A stretch of 41,629 nucleotides of DNA from assembly GCA_031385045.1 (NCBI GenBank), contig JANNBC010000001.1, forward strand, positions 1 to 41,629, read 5' to 3'. The translations under genes and the position numbers were made by a program. Shown here piece by piece: positions 7,566 through 17,560 of the stretch. Below the pieces are notes generated by a model. That model had not been told where the DNA came from and ran no database searches. It saw only the letters and a program-made list of their open reading frames with translations. The stretch comes from a bacterium. Its GTDB lineage: Bacteria > Bdellovibrionota_C > UBA2361 > CALJRW01. Within the stretch, counting starts at the first letter, position 1. Every line of letters begins with the position of its first letter.

Positions 7566-8606
7566 TTAAATTAACATTTCCCTTTCTGCCGCATTTTTAC
7601 GATACTCTTGGTAATGTTGAGAATTTTGTAAAAATAATCCAGCACCTGCTACTACTGCAGAAATTGGATCTGGCGCACGATGAACTTTAATTCCAAGCTC
7701 CTCTGAAAGACGCTTCTCTAAACCTCTTAGTAGGCTTCCACCACCAGAAAGGTTTAATCCTGTAGAGATAATATCTCCAGCCAATTCTGGAGGAGTAATC
7801 TCCAAAGTTTGTCGAATTGCAGCAATAATGCTGGATACGACTTCAGACATAGACTCCCGCATTTCTTTACTTGTTACAGTAATGCAGTGTGGAGCTCCAC
7901 TAGTTAAGCTTCGTCCCTTAACCTTCATTTCCAGAGTGTCAAAGTCAGGGTGAGCAGAACCAATTGTTAATTTAATTTTTTCAGCTGTTAATTCACCGAT
8001 TAATAGGTGACGTACACGACGTAAATAATTAATAATTGCTTCATCTATTGTATCACCACCTTGCCTTACTGATAGTGCCTGCACAACATCACCTAAACTG
8101 ATCACCGCGATATCTGTTGTCCCCCCACCGATATCTACGATCATATTTGCGGTGGCTTCATCAACTGGTAAATTTGAACCAATAGCTGCGGCCATCGCTT
8201 CATCTACTAATTGCACTTCTCTGGTTTTATTTTCGATCGAAAGACGAATGGCTCTTTTTTCAACTTCTGTAATCCCACAAGGAATTCCAACAATCACTCG
8301 AGGTTTGAAAATATTAATGGAATTATCTGTTACCTTATCAAGGTAATGGGCTAACATCATTCCTGCTACTTCAAAATCAGCAATCACCCCTGTTCTAACT
8401 GGGCGAACGACATCGACTCCAGGAGGTGTCTTACCTAACATTGCCTTGGCTTCTGCGCCAAAAGCTATTGCAACCTTCTTGTTGCCAACCTTTTTAACAG
8501 CAACGACACTTGGTTCATTTAAAATAATACCAGCATCTTTAGCATAGATTAAAGTATTAGCGGTTCCTAAATCAATGGCCAAGTCCCGAGCAACAAAACT
8601 AAACAT
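7566..8606 (-). CDS. mreB: MreB/Mbl-family actin-like rod shape-determining protein
   Basis: AIDLGTANT, NEPSVVA, GVIADF, ITEVEKRA, IVDIGGGTTDIAVISL, TPPELAGDI, SGGGSLL motifs. Confidence 0.93.
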   Translation of the reverse strand: MFSFVARDLAIDLGTANTLIYAKDAGIILNEPSVVAVKKVGNKKVAIAFGAEAKAMLGKTPPGVDVVRPVRTGVIADFEVAGMMLAHYLDKVTDNSINIFKPRVIVGIPCGITEVEKRAIRLSIENKTREVQLVDEAMAAAIGSNLPVDEATANMIVDIGGGTTDIAVISLGDVVQALSVRQGGDTIDEAIINYLRRVRHLLIGELTAEKIKLTIGSAHPDFDTLEMKVKGRSLTSGAPHCITVTSKEMRESMSEVVSSIIAAIRQTLEITPPELAGDIISTGLNLSGGGSLLRGLEKRLSEELGIKVHRAPDPISAVVAGAGLFLQNSQHYQEYRKNAAEREMLI

Positions 8607-8685
8607 GAAATAATCTATTTAAAAAAAAGGGAAAATACTGGATAATCCTTGAGGATAGCGAGTATTCTCTTAAAAATCAAACAAT

Positions 8686-9534
8686 ATGGCTAAAATTGAA
8701 ACAATTGCTGTGGTTGGTGCTGGGCAAATGGGTCTAGGAATTGCAGAGCTCTGCGCTAGCAAAAACTATCAGGTTCAACTCTTTGATAGTAATTCTCAAA
8801 TATTAAATAACGCTAAAATCCGGTTAACTGCCTCAGGTCTCAAACTAGTAGAAAAAGGTAAAATTACCTCTGTGCTTCAAGCTCAGATTATTAATAATAT
8901 TCAAACCTTTAATGATCTAAGCAAACTAAAAGATGCCGATCTGATCATTGAAGCTGTAATTGAAAGTTATGATGTTAAATCTTCCCTCTTTAAAAATCTA
9001 TCTGCCGTTGCCAAAGAATCAGCGATCTTAGCCTCTAATACTTCCTCACTATCCATTACTAGAATGGCGAACTCTTTTATTCGTCCTGATAAATTTATTG
9101 GTTTGCATTTCTTTAATCCAGCTCCAGTAATGCCACTAGTTGAAGTTATTGCTGGACTAAAAACTAGCTTAACGACGAAACAGTTAGTAATTGCTTTTGC
9201 TCAAACCTTAGAGAAAGAAGCAATCACAGCCAATGATACTCCCGGATTTATTGTAAACAGAATCTTGTGTCCAATGATTAATGAAGCCATTTTCCTTTTG
9301 GCCGAGGGTAACAATGCTCAAGAGATCGATCAGGCATTAAAACTAGGTGCGAATCACCCAATGGGGCCCTTACAATTGGCTGACTTTGTAGGACTAGATA
9401 CTTTATTAAGAATCTTAGAAATTTACCAAGAAGAATTTGGAGAAGACAAGTATCGACCTTGCCCACTACTTCGCCAATATGTTAACGCTGGATGGTTGGG
9501 ACGAAAATCTGGCAAAGGTTTTTATACTTACTAG
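8686..9534 (+). CDS. hbd: 3-hydroxybutyryl-CoA (3-hydroxyacyl-CoA) dehydrogenase
   Basis: GAGQMG Rossmann motif, IEAVIE, ASNTSSLSIT, GLHFFNPAPVM, PGFIVNR, HPMGPLQLADFVGLD, GRKSGKGFYTY. Confidence 0.9.
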   Translation: MAKIETIAVVGAGQMGLGIAELCASKNYQVQLFDSNSQILNNAKIRLTASGLKLVEKGKITSVLQAQIINNIQTFNDLSKLKDADLIIEAVIESYDVKSSLFKNLSAVAKESAILASNTSSLSITRMANSFIRPDKFIGLHFFNPAPVMPLVEVIAGLKTSLTTKQLVIAFAQTLEKEAITANDTPGFIVNRILCPMINEAIFLLAEGNNAQEIDQALKLGANHPMGPLQLADFVGLDTLLRILEIYQEEFGEDKYRPCPLLRQYVNAGWLGRKSGKGFYTY

Positions 9535-10817
9535 ACTGCGGCCTCTAGGATCTTTCTTAGTAATTCACTATTATGAGAATGACCTGTCATGTTAGCAGTA
9601 ATCTTTCCAACGATTGGCCGACCAAGAAGATAAATATCCCCGATCATATCTAAGATTTTGTGCCTAACTGGCTCATCTGGAAAACGTAACTCTGAGTTAA
9701 TAACTCCATCTTCTCCAATTAGAACAAAATTATTAAATCTTCCACCTTGAGCTAAGCCTTGCTTCTGAAGGTAATCAATGTCTTTTACAAAACCAAAAGT
9801 GCGACAGCTAGCAATTTCATTTTGATAATTTTCAAAACTATCCATTTTAAAAATGTAATGTTGCTCCCCGATTGGTTGTTGATAATTTAAGGTGTAATCA
9901 ATGATTAGTTCTTCCGCCGGTTCTAAACGAATAAAGGCTTCACCCTTACGAACTTCAATAGTTTTAGTGACCATTAATTCGGGAATAGTTGCCGACTGCT
10001 CCAAGATTCCAACTTCTTGAAAGATCTTACAGAACTCAATCGCCGAACCATCCATTACAGGAACTTCTTCATTACACTTAATTAACAGATTGGTAATACC
10101 AGCAGCATGCAAGGCGGACATTAAGTGCTCAATTGTGGAGACTTGAGAATCTGCATTCTTAATTGTTGTGGCGTAACCAGTCGTGCTGACATAATTGACA
10201 TGAGCTGGAACAGCTTGCTTACTTCCAGGGCCAGCAAAGTGAATGCCAGAATTTTCAGGAAGTGGCTCCAAGATTAGTCCTGATTTACGACCGCTATGCA
10301 CACCTACTCCATAGAGAATACTACTACCTGCTAAGGTTTTTTGCTGTCTAGATTTACCAACAAAAAAATCATTTTGAAAAACATCACTAGTAATCTGGCA
10401 GCTCTGCTCAGATAAACTTTCAATTTCTGGCAAATTTCCCAGATTAGAGTTTTTAGCTGACAAGGCTCTGTTGACTACTTGTTGAATCACTAATAAATCA
10501 AGTGGCTTTTCAATAAAATCGATTGCTCCTAATTGTGTGGCTCGGACAGCTGTAGAAATAGTTGCATGACCACTAATCATCACAACAGGTAAAAGACTAT
10601 CTAGGTTACGAATCTTCTCGAGAGTTTCCATGCCATCCATCCCTGGTAGCCAAATATCTAGGAAAACTAAAGCTGGTGATTTCTCTTTAATAATTTCTAA
10701 AGCCTGATTGCCATTATTAGCATGACAACAACTAAGGCCAAGGTCTTCTAAGACATGGCTTAATGTTTCACAAATACTTTGTTCATCATCTACAATCAGC
10801 GCTAAATTATTATCCAT
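9531..10817 (-). CDS. lpxC: Fusion: response-regulator receiver domain + UDP-3-O-acyl-N-acetylglucosamine deacetylase
   Basis: REC: IVDDE, LDIWLPGMDG, MISGH, DFIEKP. LpxC: QKTL..GVGVHSG, STIEHLMSAL, EVPVMDGSA, RTFGF, LRFPDEPVRHKILDMIGD, TGH. ATG at 10817 preferred over the TTG at 10829. Confidence 0.9.
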   Translation of the reverse strand: MDNNLALIVDDEQSICETLSHVLEDLGLSCCHANNGNQALEIIKEKSPALVFLDIWLPGMDGMETLEKIRNLDSLLPVVMISGHATISTAVRATQLGAIDFIEKPLDLLVIQQVVNRALSAKNSNLGNLPEIESLSEQSCQITSDVFQNDFFVGKSRQQKTLAGSSILYGVGVHSGRKSGLILEPLPENSGIHFAGPGSKQAVPAHVNYVSTTGYATTIKNADSQVSTIEHLMSALHAAGITNLLIKCNEEVPVMDGSAIEFCKIFQEVGILEQSATIPELMVTKTIEVRKGEAFIRLEPAEELIIDYTLNYQQPIGEQHYIFKMDSFENYQNEIASCRTFGFVKDIDYLQKQGLAQGGRFNNFVLIGEDGVINSELRFPDEPVRHKILDMIGDIYLLGRPIVGKITANMTGHSHNSELLRKILEAAV

Positions 10818-10957
10818 AGTAAATTTCAAAAAATAATTACAAAAATAGTAATTTACGGCGAGTGTGAATAATGGATTTATCCAATTTCACACCGCAAAAA
10901 TAAAATAGATAGTGTTTCATTAAAACCTTTAATAGCGACAAAGAATTTTAAGAAACA

Positions 10958-12277
10958 CTAAGCGTTACCGGTAAAAACTCGAATTGTCTCTGCCGTATTA
11001 GAAAACAATGTTGCCGCTCGATCGGGACCAACACTTACTAAAGAAATTGGACATGCAATAATCTCAGAAACTGTTGCTAAATAAAGTTTAACGGCAGCTG
11101 GAAGCTGGTGCCATTTAGTAAGAGCAGAAATATCTTCTTCCCAACCTGGTAACTCAATATATTCAGGAGTTACTAAAGCAAGATCGGCTGCTAAAGATGG
11201 AACATCATCTAACTTCTGACCATCTAAATAATAATTGATACAAACTTTAATTTTTTCCATTCCAGAAAGAACATCCAGTTTGGTCATGGCTAAAGTCTCT
11301 ACTCCATTTAAACGAACAGCACGCTTTAAGGCAAAAGTATCTAACCAGCCACAACGTCTTGGTCGTCCAGTCACAGTTCCAAACTCATGTCCCTTTTGAC
11401 GAAGCTCTTCTCCGGCCACACCATGCAATTCAGTTGGAAATGGACCTTCCCCGACACGGGTGGAATAGGCCTTAACAACACCTAAGATATTATCAATTGC
11501 TTTTGGACCAACACCACAGCCAATAGTGACTGCTCCTGCAATTGTGTTGGAAGATGTCACGTAGGGAACTGTTCCATGAATCTGATCTAGTAATGTGCCT
11601 TGAGCACCTTCAAAAACAATTTTTTGTTGATTTTTAAGGGCATGGTCTAAGATTAAGCTGACATTTCCGATGTAAGGACAAAGCTCTTTGGCGGCTAATT
11701 CAATATCACTCCAAATTTTATCAAAACTAATTTCTTCTGGATAATCTAAAACATATTTTAAAGTTTTATTAATTTTAACAATCTTTTCTTGAATTCGGGG
11801 CTTTAAGTCAGCAAGTTTAAATAATTCAGCCAAGCGAACCCCAGAGCGATCAACCCGATCTTCATAACAAGGACCAATCCCCTTGCCTGTTGTTCCAATT
11901 TTTTGATCTCCTCGACTAATTTCTCGAGCGAGATCAAGAACACGATGATAATCTAGAATTAGGTGGGAGTCCCGATCTAGGACTAATCTTTGAGGATTAA
12001 TTTTATATCCAGCGGCTTGCAAGCCAGTAACTTCCCCTGTAAAAATCTTGGGATCAACCACACATCCTGCGCCAATTAAGCAACAACAATTTTCCCGTAA
12101 AATGCCTGATGGAATTAGATTAAGTTTGGTTGTCTTTCCTTCCACAACAATTGTGTGACCAGCATTGTTACCACCATGAAAACGAACAACATAATCAGCA
12201 GCAGAAGTTAAGTAGTCAACTAGTTTACCCTTACCTTCGTCACCCCACTGACATCCAACAACTACTAGTGAAGACAT
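10958..12277 (-). CDS. purA: Adenylosuccinate synthetase
   Basis: QWGDEGKGK, GGNNAGHT, GTTGKGIGPCYED, FEGAQG, EFGTVTGRPRRCGW, TKLDVL. Confidence 0.98.
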   Translation of the reverse strand: MSSLVVVGCQWGDEGKGKLVDYLTSAADYVVRFHGGNNAGHTIVVEGKTTKLNLIPSGILRENCCCLIGAGCVVDPKIFTGEVTGLQAAGYKINPQRLVLDRDSHLILDYHRVLDLAREISRGDQKIGTTGKGIGPCYEDRVDRSGVRLAELFKLADLKPRIQEKIVKINKTLKYVLDYPEEISFDKIWSDIELAAKELCPYIGNVSLILDHALKNQQKIVFEGAQGTLLDQIHGTVPYVTSSNTIAGAVTIGCGVGPKAIDNILGVVKAYSTRVGEGPFPTELHGVAGEELRQKGHEFGTVTGRPRRCGWLDTFALKRAVRLNGVETLAMTKLDVLSGMEKIKVCINYYLDGQKLDDVPSLAADLALVTPEYIELPGWEEDISALTKWHQLPAAVKLYLATVSEIIACPISLVSVGPDRAATLFSNTAETIRVFTGNA

Positions 12278-12316
12278 TAATCTTTACCAAAAATAAAATG
12301 ATTTTATCTCTTAGCT

Positions 12317-13201
12317 TTAGGCCTTAGCCCGAAAAGCGAACTCCCATTTATTAGCATTATTTACAATTAAACCCAATGGTTCCCCATTAAATTGATAAAT
12401 AATTGGCGAATTTGCGGGATCTAAATCCTGTGTGAAATCAACTAAGGCTTGAGGCAAACCATTTTGTAGTTTTAAGGCAAGATCCTCAGTAACAGCTATC
12501 AAGCTAGCATCGGGAAAAAGCAAAGTCCAAGGGAAAATATCTTGATTTTCTAGAGTATCAATTTCCTTCGCTTCCTTAATAAAAAAGGGCAAAGATGCTT
12601 CTCTCCGCAAACTTGCAATTGTCCCTCCAGAACCAAGCATTTCACCTAATTCGCGAGCTATCGAGCGAATATATGTACCAACTGTTGATTTGATTTCAAA
12701 ACTTAAAAGATTCTCCGCAATCAAGTTGTACTTAAAACTTTTAATATCAATTTGTCGGGGCTTTAACTCAACAACTTTTCCCTCGCGAGCTAACTTATAT
12801 GCTCTTTGGCCATTAACTTTTAGTGCACTATAGCTTGGTGGCATTTGAGAAATAAGACCAGAAAATTTGGAATTAATAACTTCTGTAATTTGAGATAAGC
12901 TCGGCAAGTTATCACTTTGAGAGACTATCTCCCCTTCAAGATCATCGGTTGTAGTTTGAATACCAAATTGAATTGTACCAGAGTAAATCTTATCATTTTT
13001 CTCAACATAAGAAGCAAGTCTAGTTGCTCTTCCTGTTAAACAAACGAGTAAACCAGTAGCTAATGGATCTAGCGTTCCACAATGACCAATCTTTTCTAGG
13101 GATAGCTTTCTTTTAATTTCTAGAATTGCTTTCTGAGAAGTAATCTTTAGTTTTTTATCTAATAAAATCACACCCGCCGAAGCATGACCGACTACAGACA
13201 T
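12317..13201 (-). CDS. truB: tRNA pseudouridine(55) synthase
   Basis: KIGHCGTLDPLATGLL, QMPPSYSALKVNGQRAYKLAREG, GTYIRS; operon context. Confidence 0.96.
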   Translation of the reverse strand: MSVVGHASAGVILLDKKLKITSQKAILEIKRKLSLEKIGHCGTLDPLATGLLVCLTGRATRLASYVEKNDKIYSGTIQFGIQTTTDDLEGEIVSQSDNLPSLSQITEVINSKFSGLISQMPPSYSALKVNGQRAYKLAREGKVVELKPRQIDIKSFKYNLIAENLLSFEIKSTVGTYIRSIARELGEMLGSGGTIASLRREASLPFFIKEAKEIDTLENQDIFPWTLLFPDASLIAVTEDLALKLQNGLPQALVDFTQDLDPANSPIIYQFNGEPLGLIVNNANKWEFAFRAKA

Positions 13202-14178
13202 TTCTTTGCTCGCAACTCACTCTCAACACCGGCAATTAGTCCTTCGATAAATTCTGGCAATTCACGTTTCCATTTAATTCCTGATGCCTGGGCATGTCCA
13301 CCGCCACCAAGTGGTTGAGCAATTTGATTAACATCGATTGGATCAATTGATCTCATACTTGCTTTCCAGACCCCCTGATCAAGGCGAATCGTAGCAGAAA
13401 CTTTTACGCCATTGATATTACGGAAGACATCTTTAACATGATGAAGTTCATCATAGCTAACTTGCAACTCTTCCATCCAGTTTTCAGGAATAACTAAATA
13501 GGCAAATTGATTGTTAAATAAAAGATTAACATGTTCAATCATTCGAGACTGTAATTTAAGAATAGCGAGAGACTTTTCTTGAAAAAGTTTTTGACTCATT
13601 CCTTGCAGATCTGCCCCTGATTCAATCAGTGCAGCAACAGTCAGAAACGTTTCCGAGTTAACTCCTTTATATTGCAATGACCCAGTATCGGAGTAGATGC
13701 CAGTAAGTAAAAGATTAGCAATCGGCAAATCAATTACGACACCCAAGGCTTGGATTAATTTATAAATCATCTCCGAGCAAGAAGAAGTATTCTGAACTAA
13801 ATTACAAGTACCAAAATATTCATTAGAGACATGGTGATCGATGTTTAAATCTACTCCACGAGTATTTAAGATTTCCGCGTAACTCTTACCAAGGCGAGCG
13901 ATCCCTGAAGAATCGGTCGTAATTACGAAAGCGTCCTGCAAATCAGGCATACTTATTTCAATTGTATCAATTAGTGGTAGAAACTTTAAATCACCAACTA
14001 TGCCAGAGGCATTAAGGGTAACTACTTTTTTATTTAATTTTTTTAAGGCAGATGAAAGTGCCAAGCTCGATCCATAAGCATCAGGATCAGGGCTTTCATG
14101 GCTAATCACAACAAAGTTGGAGGATGATAAGATTAATTTGGCAACTTCTTGATAAGAACTACTCTTCGTTTGGCTCAT
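13192..14178 (-). CDS. nrnA: DHH/DHHA1 phosphoesterase (NrnA-like oligoribonuclease/pAp phosphatase)
   Basis: HESPDPDAYGS, IDHH, SDTG, GGGGHAQASG; typical position between rbfA and truB. ATG at 14178 preferred. Confidence 0.88.
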   Translation of the reverse strand: MSQTKSSSYQEVAKLILSSSNFVVISHESPDPDAYGSSLALSSALKKLNKKVVTLNASGIVGDLKFLPLIDTIEISMPDLQDAFVITTDSSGIARLGKSYAEILNTRGVDLNIDHHVSNEYFGTCNLVQNTSSCSEMIYKLIQALGVVIDLPIANLLLTGIYSDTGSLQYKGVNSETFLTVAALIESGADLQGMSQKLFQEKSLAILKLQSRMIEHVNLLFNNQFAYLVIPENWMEELQVSYDELHHVKDVFRNINGVKVSATIRLDQGVWKASMRSIDPIDVNQIAQPLGGGGHAQASGIKWKRELPEFIEGLIAGVESELRAKKCL

Positions 14179-14536
14179 CGTTATTCCCTTCTTTTTCTTT
14201 ATCCGCAACTTTATTCATTAGTTGCTCTACTTCAGACATAGTTTCTAAAGTATTATCATGAAAGAATCTTAAATTAGGGACAACTCTTAATGATAATTTC
14301 TTACCAAGGATATTACGCAAACGACCTTTAGCAGCGATAAGTCCATCAGCTACTTCTTGATGACGATTATCACCGAAAACACTCCAGTAGATATTAGCCT
14401 CGCGCAAATCAGAACTGATTGTAGCCCCAGTTAAAGAAACCATCTTTAATCGCGGATCCACTGAAGCAATGATTTCCATTGCCAAAATCTCTCTAACTTG
14501 TTCTGCTACTCGATATGCTCTGGGAGTTTTTGTCAT
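14159..14536 (-). CDS. rbfA: 30S ribosome-binding factor A
   Basis: RAYRVAEQVR, DPRL, SSDLREA, LRVVPNLRFFHD; follows infB. Confidence 0.95.
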   Translation of the reverse strand: MTKTPRAYRVAEQVREILAMEIIASVDPRLKMVSLTGATISSDLREANIYWSVFGDNRHQEVADGLIAAKGRLRNILGKKLSLRVVPNLRFFHDNTLETMSEVEQLMNKVADKEKEGNNDEPNEE

Positions 14537-14542
14537 ACTACT

Positions 14543-17185
14543 TTACGCTAATGTTCTTTGAACTTCCTTAACTCGGAAAACTTCAATCACATCACCAACT
14601 TTGATATCATTATAACCTTCAATGGCCATACCGCACTCATAACCTGAAGCGACTTCTTTAACATCATCTTTGAAACGTCGTAGAGTTTTCATGTTGCCTT
14701 CGTAAATTACGATACTATCACGAAGTAAACGAACACGAGCTCCTCTTTCCACTTTCCCATCAGTTACGTAGCAACCAGCAATCACGCCAGCTTTTGGTAC
14801 AGAAAAAGTATCTCGAACCTCTGCCCGAGCTAAATTAACTTCCTGTTTCTCAGGAGATAACAAGCCCGACATAGCTTTTTTAACATCATCAATTAGCTCA
14901 TAAATTACTCGGTAGAAACGCACCTCGATACCATGATTTTCGGCTTGTTGCATTGCTCGTGGCTCACCGCGAACGTTAAAGCCAACAATGATTGTTTTAG
15001 ATGCTAGTGCTAACTGAATATCAGATTCACTAACACCACCAACCGCAGAGTGTAAGATTTTAACTTTTACTTCTTCTGTGGATAAGCTTTCTAATGATTG
15101 ACGAACAGCTTCTAAAGAACCATGAACATCAGCTTTGACAATTACACGTAACTCCTCAAAAGCGGCACTCGCTGCCTGACGTGTAAACTCTTCTAAGCTA
15201 ATTGGTCCACCAGCTAACTCTAAGTGTAAGCGGTCTCTTTGTTTGATTGCTCGGAAGTTAGCGACTTCTTTTGCTTTCATTTCAGATTCCATTACTATGA
15301 AATCGTCTCCTGCTGCAGGGGTTTCGTTAAAACCAGTAATCTCCACTGGAGTAGAAGGAATTGCTGTTTTAATCGGCTTACGAGCATGATCCATCATCGA
15401 ACGAACTCGACCAGTTCCAGCACCAACTAAGAAGAAATCACCTGTATTTAAAGTACCAGCCTGAATCAAAACAGTGGCGACAGTTCCACGACCTTGCTCT
15501 TGTTTAACTTCAATCACAGTACCTTTAACACGACATTCTGGATTAGCTTTTAGTTCCTGAACTTCGGCAACCAACATGATACTTTCTAGCAGATCATCCA
15601 TCCCAGTTCCGACCTTAGCCGAGACAGGTATAAACATAGTGTCTCCACCCCAATCTTCTGGCTGCAGACCACGTTCAGCTAATTGTGATTTGATTTTCTC
15701 AGGATTAGCTTCTGGCTTATCCATTTTATTCATCGCAACAATGATTGGAACTTTCGCTGCTTTTGCGTGATTCAAGGCTTCTAATGTTTGTGGCATTACA
15801 CCATCATCAGCAGCAACTACTAGAATAACAATATCAGTTAAGTTAGCTCCGCGAGAACGCATTTCAGTAAAGGCGGCGTGACCGGGAGTATCGATGAAAG
15901 TAACAATCTTTTTACTTGGAGTCGTAACTTGATAAGCACCAATATGCTGAGTAATTCCACCATGCTCTTTGGCAACAACAGAAGATTTTCTTAAGTAATC
16001 TAAAAGCGAAGTCTTACCATGATCAACGTGACCCATAACGGTCACAACTGGAGCACGAGGCACTTGCTTCTCAGGATCATCAATCCCTTCAATCTTAATT
16101 AGATCTGACTCATCAAATCCAGAAAACTCTAGTGAGAAATCAAATTCAGAAGCAACGATTGTCGCAGTATCTTGATCAATTGGCTGATTAATAGTTGCCA
16201 TAACTCCCAGTTCCATTAACTTACCAATTACTTGGCCAGTTTTTAGACTCATTTGTCCAGCAAGATCACCCACCGTAATGTACTCCCCCGGCATTCGAAT
16301 TACACGTTTAGAAGCCTTGGTAGCATTAGCGACAACACCATTTCCTTCAAAACCAAAATCATGTCGGTCATCACTTCTAGAATTTTTAGATTTACGTCGC
16401 TTAGTTTCATAATCAACTAAGTCTCCACGAGAGAATTCGACAACTTTGGATTTTTTGTTAGCACCACGACGCTTATCAGAATCATCAGATTCCTCAATTC
16501 CTGTAAAATCTACAATTTTAAATCCACCAATTTTTTTAACTCCACGACGAAGATCTTTAGTGTCCTTAACTTCCCGCTCAGGCTTGGTAACTTTAGAAAC
16601 TAATTCCATTTTACCCAAAACCTTTGGGCCACTAGACGGTTGGTGAGCACGAGGAACAGAAAAATCAATTGTCGATAACTGTTCAACTTCAGCTTCCGCA
16701 ACTACTGGTCTAATTTCCTGCTCAGCTTCCTGTTCTGACTGCTCAGCTTTTTCTTCGGCGATAGTATCTGCGCTTAAGAATAAATCATTGGCTTCAGCAA
16801 TACTGTCAGCTTTAGTTAATGGTGCTTCTGGTTCAATTTTGAATTCAATAGCTACTTCACTAGCAGCTTCTTCTTGGTCAACAACTGCCGTTCTACGACG
16901 ACGAATAATGTTACCTTGGCGACGCTCAATTAACGCGCTTTTTTCACCAGTCTCAGAATCAATATTAACTTGGACGGTTTTCTCTGCTTGCGAAGTATCA
17001 ACAGCATCGGCACCATCAAGCCCACCTCGTAAAAACGATCGGCGGATTTGGGTTGTTTCTTCATCGGATAAAGAATTAGAGTGAGACTTAATCCCAAGGA
17101 TACCCAATTGCTGTGCTCGCACAACGACACTCTTATTATCGAGGCCTAATTCTTTTGCTAGTTCGTAAATTCTAATCTTACTCAT
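14543..17185 (-). CDS. infB: Translation initiation factor IF-2
   Basis: RIYELAKEL N-terminus, MGHVDHGKT, GGITQHIGAY, DTPGH, NKMD, RRFKDDVKEV. Confidence 0.99.
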   Translation of the reverse strand: MSKIRIYELAKELGLDNKSVVVRAQQLGILGIKSHSNSLSDEETTQIRRSFLRGGLDGADAVDTSQAEKTVQVNIDSETGEKSALIERRQGNIIRRRRTAVVDQEEAASEVAIEFKIEPEAPLTKADSIAEANDLFLSADTIAEEKAEQSEQEAEQEIRPVVAEAEVEQLSTIDFSVPRAHQPSSGPKVLGKMELVSKVTKPEREVKDTKDLRRGVKKIGGFKIVDFTGIEESDDSDKRRGANKKSKVVEFSRGDLVDYETKRRKSKNSRSDDRHDFGFEGNGVVANATKASKRVIRMPGEYITVGDLAGQMSLKTGQVIGKLMELGVMATINQPIDQDTATIVASEFDFSLEFSGFDESDLIKIEGIDDPEKQVPRAPVVTVMGHVDHGKTSLLDYLRKSSVVAKEHGGITQHIGAYQVTTPSKKIVTFIDTPGHAAFTEMRSRGANLTDIVILVVAADDGVMPQTLEALNHAKAAKVPIIVAMNKMDKPEANPEKIKSQLAERGLQPEDWGGDTMFIPVSAKVGTGMDDLLESIMLVAEVQELKANPECRVKGTVIEVKQEQGRGTVATVLIQAGTLNTGDFFLVGAGTGRVRSMMDHARKPIKTAIPSTPVEITGFNETPAAGDDFIVMESEMKAKEVANFRAIKQRDRLHLELAGGPISLEEFTRQAASAAFEELRVIVKADVHGSLEAVRQSLESLSTEEVKVKILHSAVGGVSESDIQLALASKTIIVGFNVRGEPRAMQQAENHGIEVRFYRVIYELIDDVKKAMSGLLSPEKQEVNLARAEVRDTFSVPKAGVIAGCYVTDGKVERGARVRLLRDSIVIYEGNMKTLRRFKDDVKEVASGYECGMAIEGYNDIKVGDVIEVFRVKEVQRTLA

Positions 17186-17281
17186 TCGTAATACATTCTA
17201 AAAAGGGCCGGTTGCTAAATGAAAAATTGCCAGTTGGTAGTTTTATTGCTCATAACAATCACTATGCTCCATCTGCTTCAA

Positions 17282-17560
17282 TCATTTATCCTGCAACTCT
17301 CCCAAAACATGGTCTAAAACTTTATTCAGATTAGCATAATCAATTACCTGCTCTGAACTAAGCCGAAAAGCTCGTCGCCAAATTTTCACCTGACGAGCTT
17401 GCTCAATAATATCATTCCTAGCCTGTAAGTAGGCTCCCCTTCCCGGCAATTTATGCTGAGAATCCCAGACTAGAACATCTTGCACCATCACAAAACGCAG
17501 TAAAGACTGGGCTTCATGTCTAGTTCTACAAACTAGACATTGACGTAAAGGCTTACTCAC
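17282..17560 (-). CDS. ylxR: YlxR/DUF448 family RNA-binding protein
   Basis: PLRQCLVCR, LLRFV, PGRGAY motifs; GTG start overlaps the nusA stop (TAGTG). Confidence 0.88.
   Translation of the reverse strand: MSKPLRQCLVCRTRHEAQSLLRFVMVQDVLVWDSQHKLPGRGAYLQARNDIIEQARQVKIWRRAFRLSSEQVIDYANLNKVLDHVLGELQDK

Noticed and set aside
9531..9534. Convergent hbd and lpxC stop codons sharing CTAG
   Set aside because: A common 4-bp convergent overlap with no evidence of special function.
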